Positions 61,388 to 64,000 of a stretch of 64,000 nt of DNA are shown here, in pieces. Source of the DNA: Sulfolobales archaeon (GTDB taxonomy: Archaea; Thermoproteota; Thermoprotei_A; Sulfolobales; AG1); NCBI GenBank assembly GCA_038867615.1, contig JAWBYA010000002.1, positions 96,001-160,000 of the forward strand, read 5' to 3'. Below the pieces are notes generated by a model that was not told the origin of the DNA, ran no database searches, and was given only the letters and a program-made list of their open reading frames with translations. Every line of letters begins with the position of its first letter. Position 1 is the stretch's first letter. A program made the translations under genes and the position numbers.

Positions 61388-62284
61388 CTAGCCCCTCCTT
61401 AGCAACGCCCTTGCCTTTGGATCCAGGGCGTCTCTCAGGCCATCGCCAAGCAGGTTGAAGCTTAGCGCAGAGATCATTATAAAGACCCCTGGGAAAACCA
61501 CTATATGTGGTGCGCTAAAAATATAAGTCCTACCACTACCTATCATAGCACCCCACTCAGGGGTTGGCGGGGGTACGCCTAGTCCTAAGAACCCTAGGGC
61601 TGATGCAAGCAGTATTGAGAGACCCATATAGTATGTAGCCTGAACCACTATAGGCGATATTGAGTTGGGAAGAACGTGCCTGAACATTATATAGATCTTG
61701 CTTTTCCCGAGAAGCCTTGCAGCAGCTATATAGTCCTCGTTAACAACCTGAAGCACGACGCCTCTTACAAGCCTCGCATAGACTGGGAAAGTGCTTATAG
61801 CTATAGCTATTATGAGGCTAACAACACCCTGCCCAAGGGAGGCTACAAGGGCTATGGCTAGAAGCACTGTTGGGAATGCTAGCATTACATCAACGACCCT
61901 CTGGATCACGGTATCCCATAAACCCCCTAGATAGCCCGAGGCTAGTCCTAGTATAACCCCTATCACCACACCAAGCAGTACTGATGCGATCGAGATCCCT
62001 ATGGTATATCTAGCCCCTTCCAGGATCCTGCTGAGAATATCCCTCCCAAGCTCGTCTGTACCGAATGGGTGGGCAGGGCTTGGGGGTTGTCTAGCCCTTG
62101 ATAGATCGAAGTCGTAGGGGTTGTAGGGCGTTAAGAGGGGTCCGAAGATCGCTATGAAGATCAAGAAGCCAACTATGTATAGCGAGACATAAGCAGCCTT
62201 GTTAGATTTAAGGGTCTCCCACATCTCTCTAAGCCTTCTCCTCCTAGCCTCGTAAACCCTTCTCAGGATCTCCCCGCTCTCCAT
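61388..62284 (-). CDS. Peptide ABC permease (OppC/DppC type)
   Basis: HPFGTDELGRD, RHVLPN, LGLGVPPPTPEWG, GDGLRDALDP. Confidence 0.93.
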   Translation of the reverse strand: MESGEILRRVYEARRRRLREMWETLKSNKAAYVSLYIVGFLIFIAIFGPLLTPYNPYDFDLSRARQPPSPAHPFGTDELGRDILSRILEGARYTIGISIASVLLGVVIGVILGLASGYLGGLWDTVIQRVVDVMLAFPTVLLAIALVASLGQGVVSLIIAIAISTFPVYARLVRGVVLQVVNEDYIAAARLLGKSKIYIMFRHVLPNSISPIVVQATYYMGLSILLASALGFLGLGVPPPTPEWGAMIGSGRTYIFSAPHIVVFPGVFIMISALSFNLLGDGLRDALDPKARALLRRG

Positions 62285-63210
62285 AGCACCTCCCTCACTC
62301 TTGGGTCTATGTATGCGTATAGTACGTCTGTGATTATATTTATAACTATGAAGACAAACACTATGAATAATATTATCCCCTGTGCCAAGGGATAATCCCT
62401 ATAGAATAGGGAGTCTATTAGGAGAGATCCTATCCCGGGCCATGCGAACACAGTCTCTGTTATCACAGCCCCTCCTAGTAGAGCTCCAACCTGTATACCC
62501 ATGATGGTGATTATAGGGATCATGGCGTTTCTGAGAACATGTCTCGCAAGGATCACTCTAGACCCAAGGCCCTTGGATACTGCTGTGAGTATATGGTTAC
62601 TCCCGAGAGCCTCCATCACTGCCGCCCTGGTTATCCTCGTAAGATTACCCATTAAGAGAAGAGCTAGGGTTACGGCTGGTAGTATAATATGCTTTGGGGT
62701 ATCGGCACCGCTTGACGGGAGGATCCTGAGGCTGACTGCAAAGACATATATGAATATAAGGCCGATCCAGAATATAGGGGTTGATGCCCCAACTAGTGAG
62801 AGCACCGATGCTATGTATGAAGCCTTAGATCTAGGCTTAATAGCTGAGTATATACCTAGGGGCAGAGCTATAGCTACAGCTATAGCCTCTGCTGCAAGGG
62901 CGAGGGTTATTGTGTATGGAAGCCTGGCCATTATCTCGTCGATCACTGGTGTTCTGTATTTTATCGAGGTACCGAAATCCCCTCTCAAGATAGACGACAT
63001 ATAGTCCACGAACTGTAGATATAAGGGCTTGTTAAGCCCCAGCTGCTCCCTAATCCTCTGAACATCCTGCTCAAGAGCCTCAGGACCTGCTATAAGCCTT
63101 GCAGGATCTCCCGGAAGTATCCTTACAAGTATGAACATGACTAGCATGGCTCCAACGAGGGTTGGGATCGCTTGGGCAACCCTTATACCCACATACCTTG
63201 CTAGCGACAT
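62263..63210 (-). CDS. Peptide ABC permease (OppB/DppB type)
   Basis: LPGDPA, GDFGTS, ITETVFAWPGIG, IDPR. Confidence 0.93.
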   Translation of the reverse strand: MSLARYVGIRVAQAIPTLVGAMLVMFILVRILPGDPARLIAGPEALEQDVQRIREQLGLNKPLYLQFVDYMSSILRGDFGTSIKYRTPVIDEIMARLPYTITLALAAEAIAVAIALPLGIYSAIKPRSKASYIASVLSLVGASTPIFWIGLIFIYVFAVSLRILPSSGADTPKHIILPAVTLALLLMGNLTRITRAAVMEALGSNHILTAVSKGLGSRVILARHVLRNAMIPIITIMGIQVGALLGGAVITETVFAWPGIGSLLIDSLFYRDYPLAQGIILFIVFVFIVINIITDVLYAYIDPRVREVLWRAGRS

Positions 63211-63318
63211 GCAGGATCTCCGTCCTACTGTGTTTTGTTATACCTTGTGAGGAATAAAAGCTACCCCAATTGAATCTTAGATAAAACAAGTTAATGTTTG
63301 ACCATGTGGTAAAGTAGA

Positions 63319-64000
63319 TCATATACCTGTTGGGAGAACCACCGCTCCTTTAGATGCCTGTGACACCAGGGATGCGTATTTAGCCAGAACTCCTGATCTA
63401 TATCTCGGTGGTCTTGGACTCCAGTTCTTAAACCTCCTTTTCACCTCGTCCTCGGGTACAGCGAGATCAAGCCTCCTGTTCTCAACATCTATGATTATCT
63501 TATCACCATTCTCAACAACAGCTATGGGGCCTCCTACAGCAGCTTCCGGCGATACGTGACCCACCATAGGGCCTCTTGTAGCACCACTGAATCTCCCGTC
63601 AGTAACCATGGCTACTTTTTCAAGCCCCGCACCAACTATAGCCGCTGTGACTCTAAGCATCTCCGGCATGCCGGGACCTCCCTTGGGACCTTCGTATCTT
63701 ATAACCACTACATCTCCCTCTTTCACCTCACCGCTCTCGATGCCTTTGAAGGCCTCATCCTCCCCGTCATATACCCTTGCACTCCCCTCAAACCTGGTTA
63801 TGTTTGTTGCAGCCACCTTGATCACTGCTCCCTCCGGTGCGAGGCTACCCTTAAGGATCACTATACCGCCGCTCTTCTTAAACGGGTTTGACACGCTCCT
63901 CACTATATGGTCATGGGGTACGTTTGGATATCTATAGCTCTCAAGATTCTCCTTAACAGTCTTCCCAGTCACCGTCAATGCATCGCCGTGTATTAATCCT
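63319..64000 (-). CDS. ilvD: Dihydroxy-acid dehydratase, C-terminal part
   Basis: [38 protein letters not shown]; runs off the window end. Confidence 0.95.
   Translation of the reverse strand, partial: GLIHGDALTVTGKTVKENLESYRYPNVPHDHIVRSVSNPFKKSGGIVILKGSLAPEGAVIKVAATNITRFEGSARVYDGEDEAFKGIESGEVKEGDVVVIRYEGPKGGPGMPEMLRVTAAIVGAGLEKVAMVTDGRFSGATRGPMVGHVSPEAAVGGPIAVVENGDKIIIDVENRRLDLAVPEDEVKRRFKNWSPRPPRYRSGVLAKYASLVSQASKGAVVLPTGI

Noticed and set aside
1-64000. CRISPR or other tandem guide arrays
   Set aside because: No regularly spaced direct repeats were seen on either strand.

Overview
Archaeal chromosomal DNA of Thermoproteota (Crenarchaeota) type, probably Desulfurococcales/Sulfolobales-like, judged from the EndA structural subunit, archease, aMBF1, XPD, sulfocyanin, TATA promoters and CCA-encoding tRNAs. 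Most of the window is housekeeping and heterotrophic metabolism: glyS, class II RNR, an SDH/FRD operon, four ABC transporter clusters, 4-hydroxyphenylacetate catabolism (hpaD-hpaB), a PQQ sugar dehydrogenase, partial ilvD and tRNA-Ser(GGA). No CRISPR array, rRNA, integrase or intact transposase was seen. Four non-obvious signals stand out. (1) A stand-alone 3' half of tRNA-Asp (43496-43555, minus) has its own TATA box and a GC-rich leader that builds a bulge-helix-bulge splice site with the missing 5' half, i.e. a trans-spliced (split) tRNA. (2) At least seven dispersed, protein-free right-end fragments of two IS200/IS605 tnpB families (omega/reRNA-like) are present, several ~25 nt downstream of TATA-like boxes. 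(3) A shared palindromic operator links an HTH-10 regulator, a Liv-type transporter and hpaDB. (4) Smaller oddities: a catalytically degenerate but open P-type ATPase-like ORF, an SDH with atypical anchors, a hemerythrin with a probable ATA start, an in-frame TGA in a peptide-binding protein, and an unannotated Lys/Glu micro-ORF. All calls are by eye; no searches were run.
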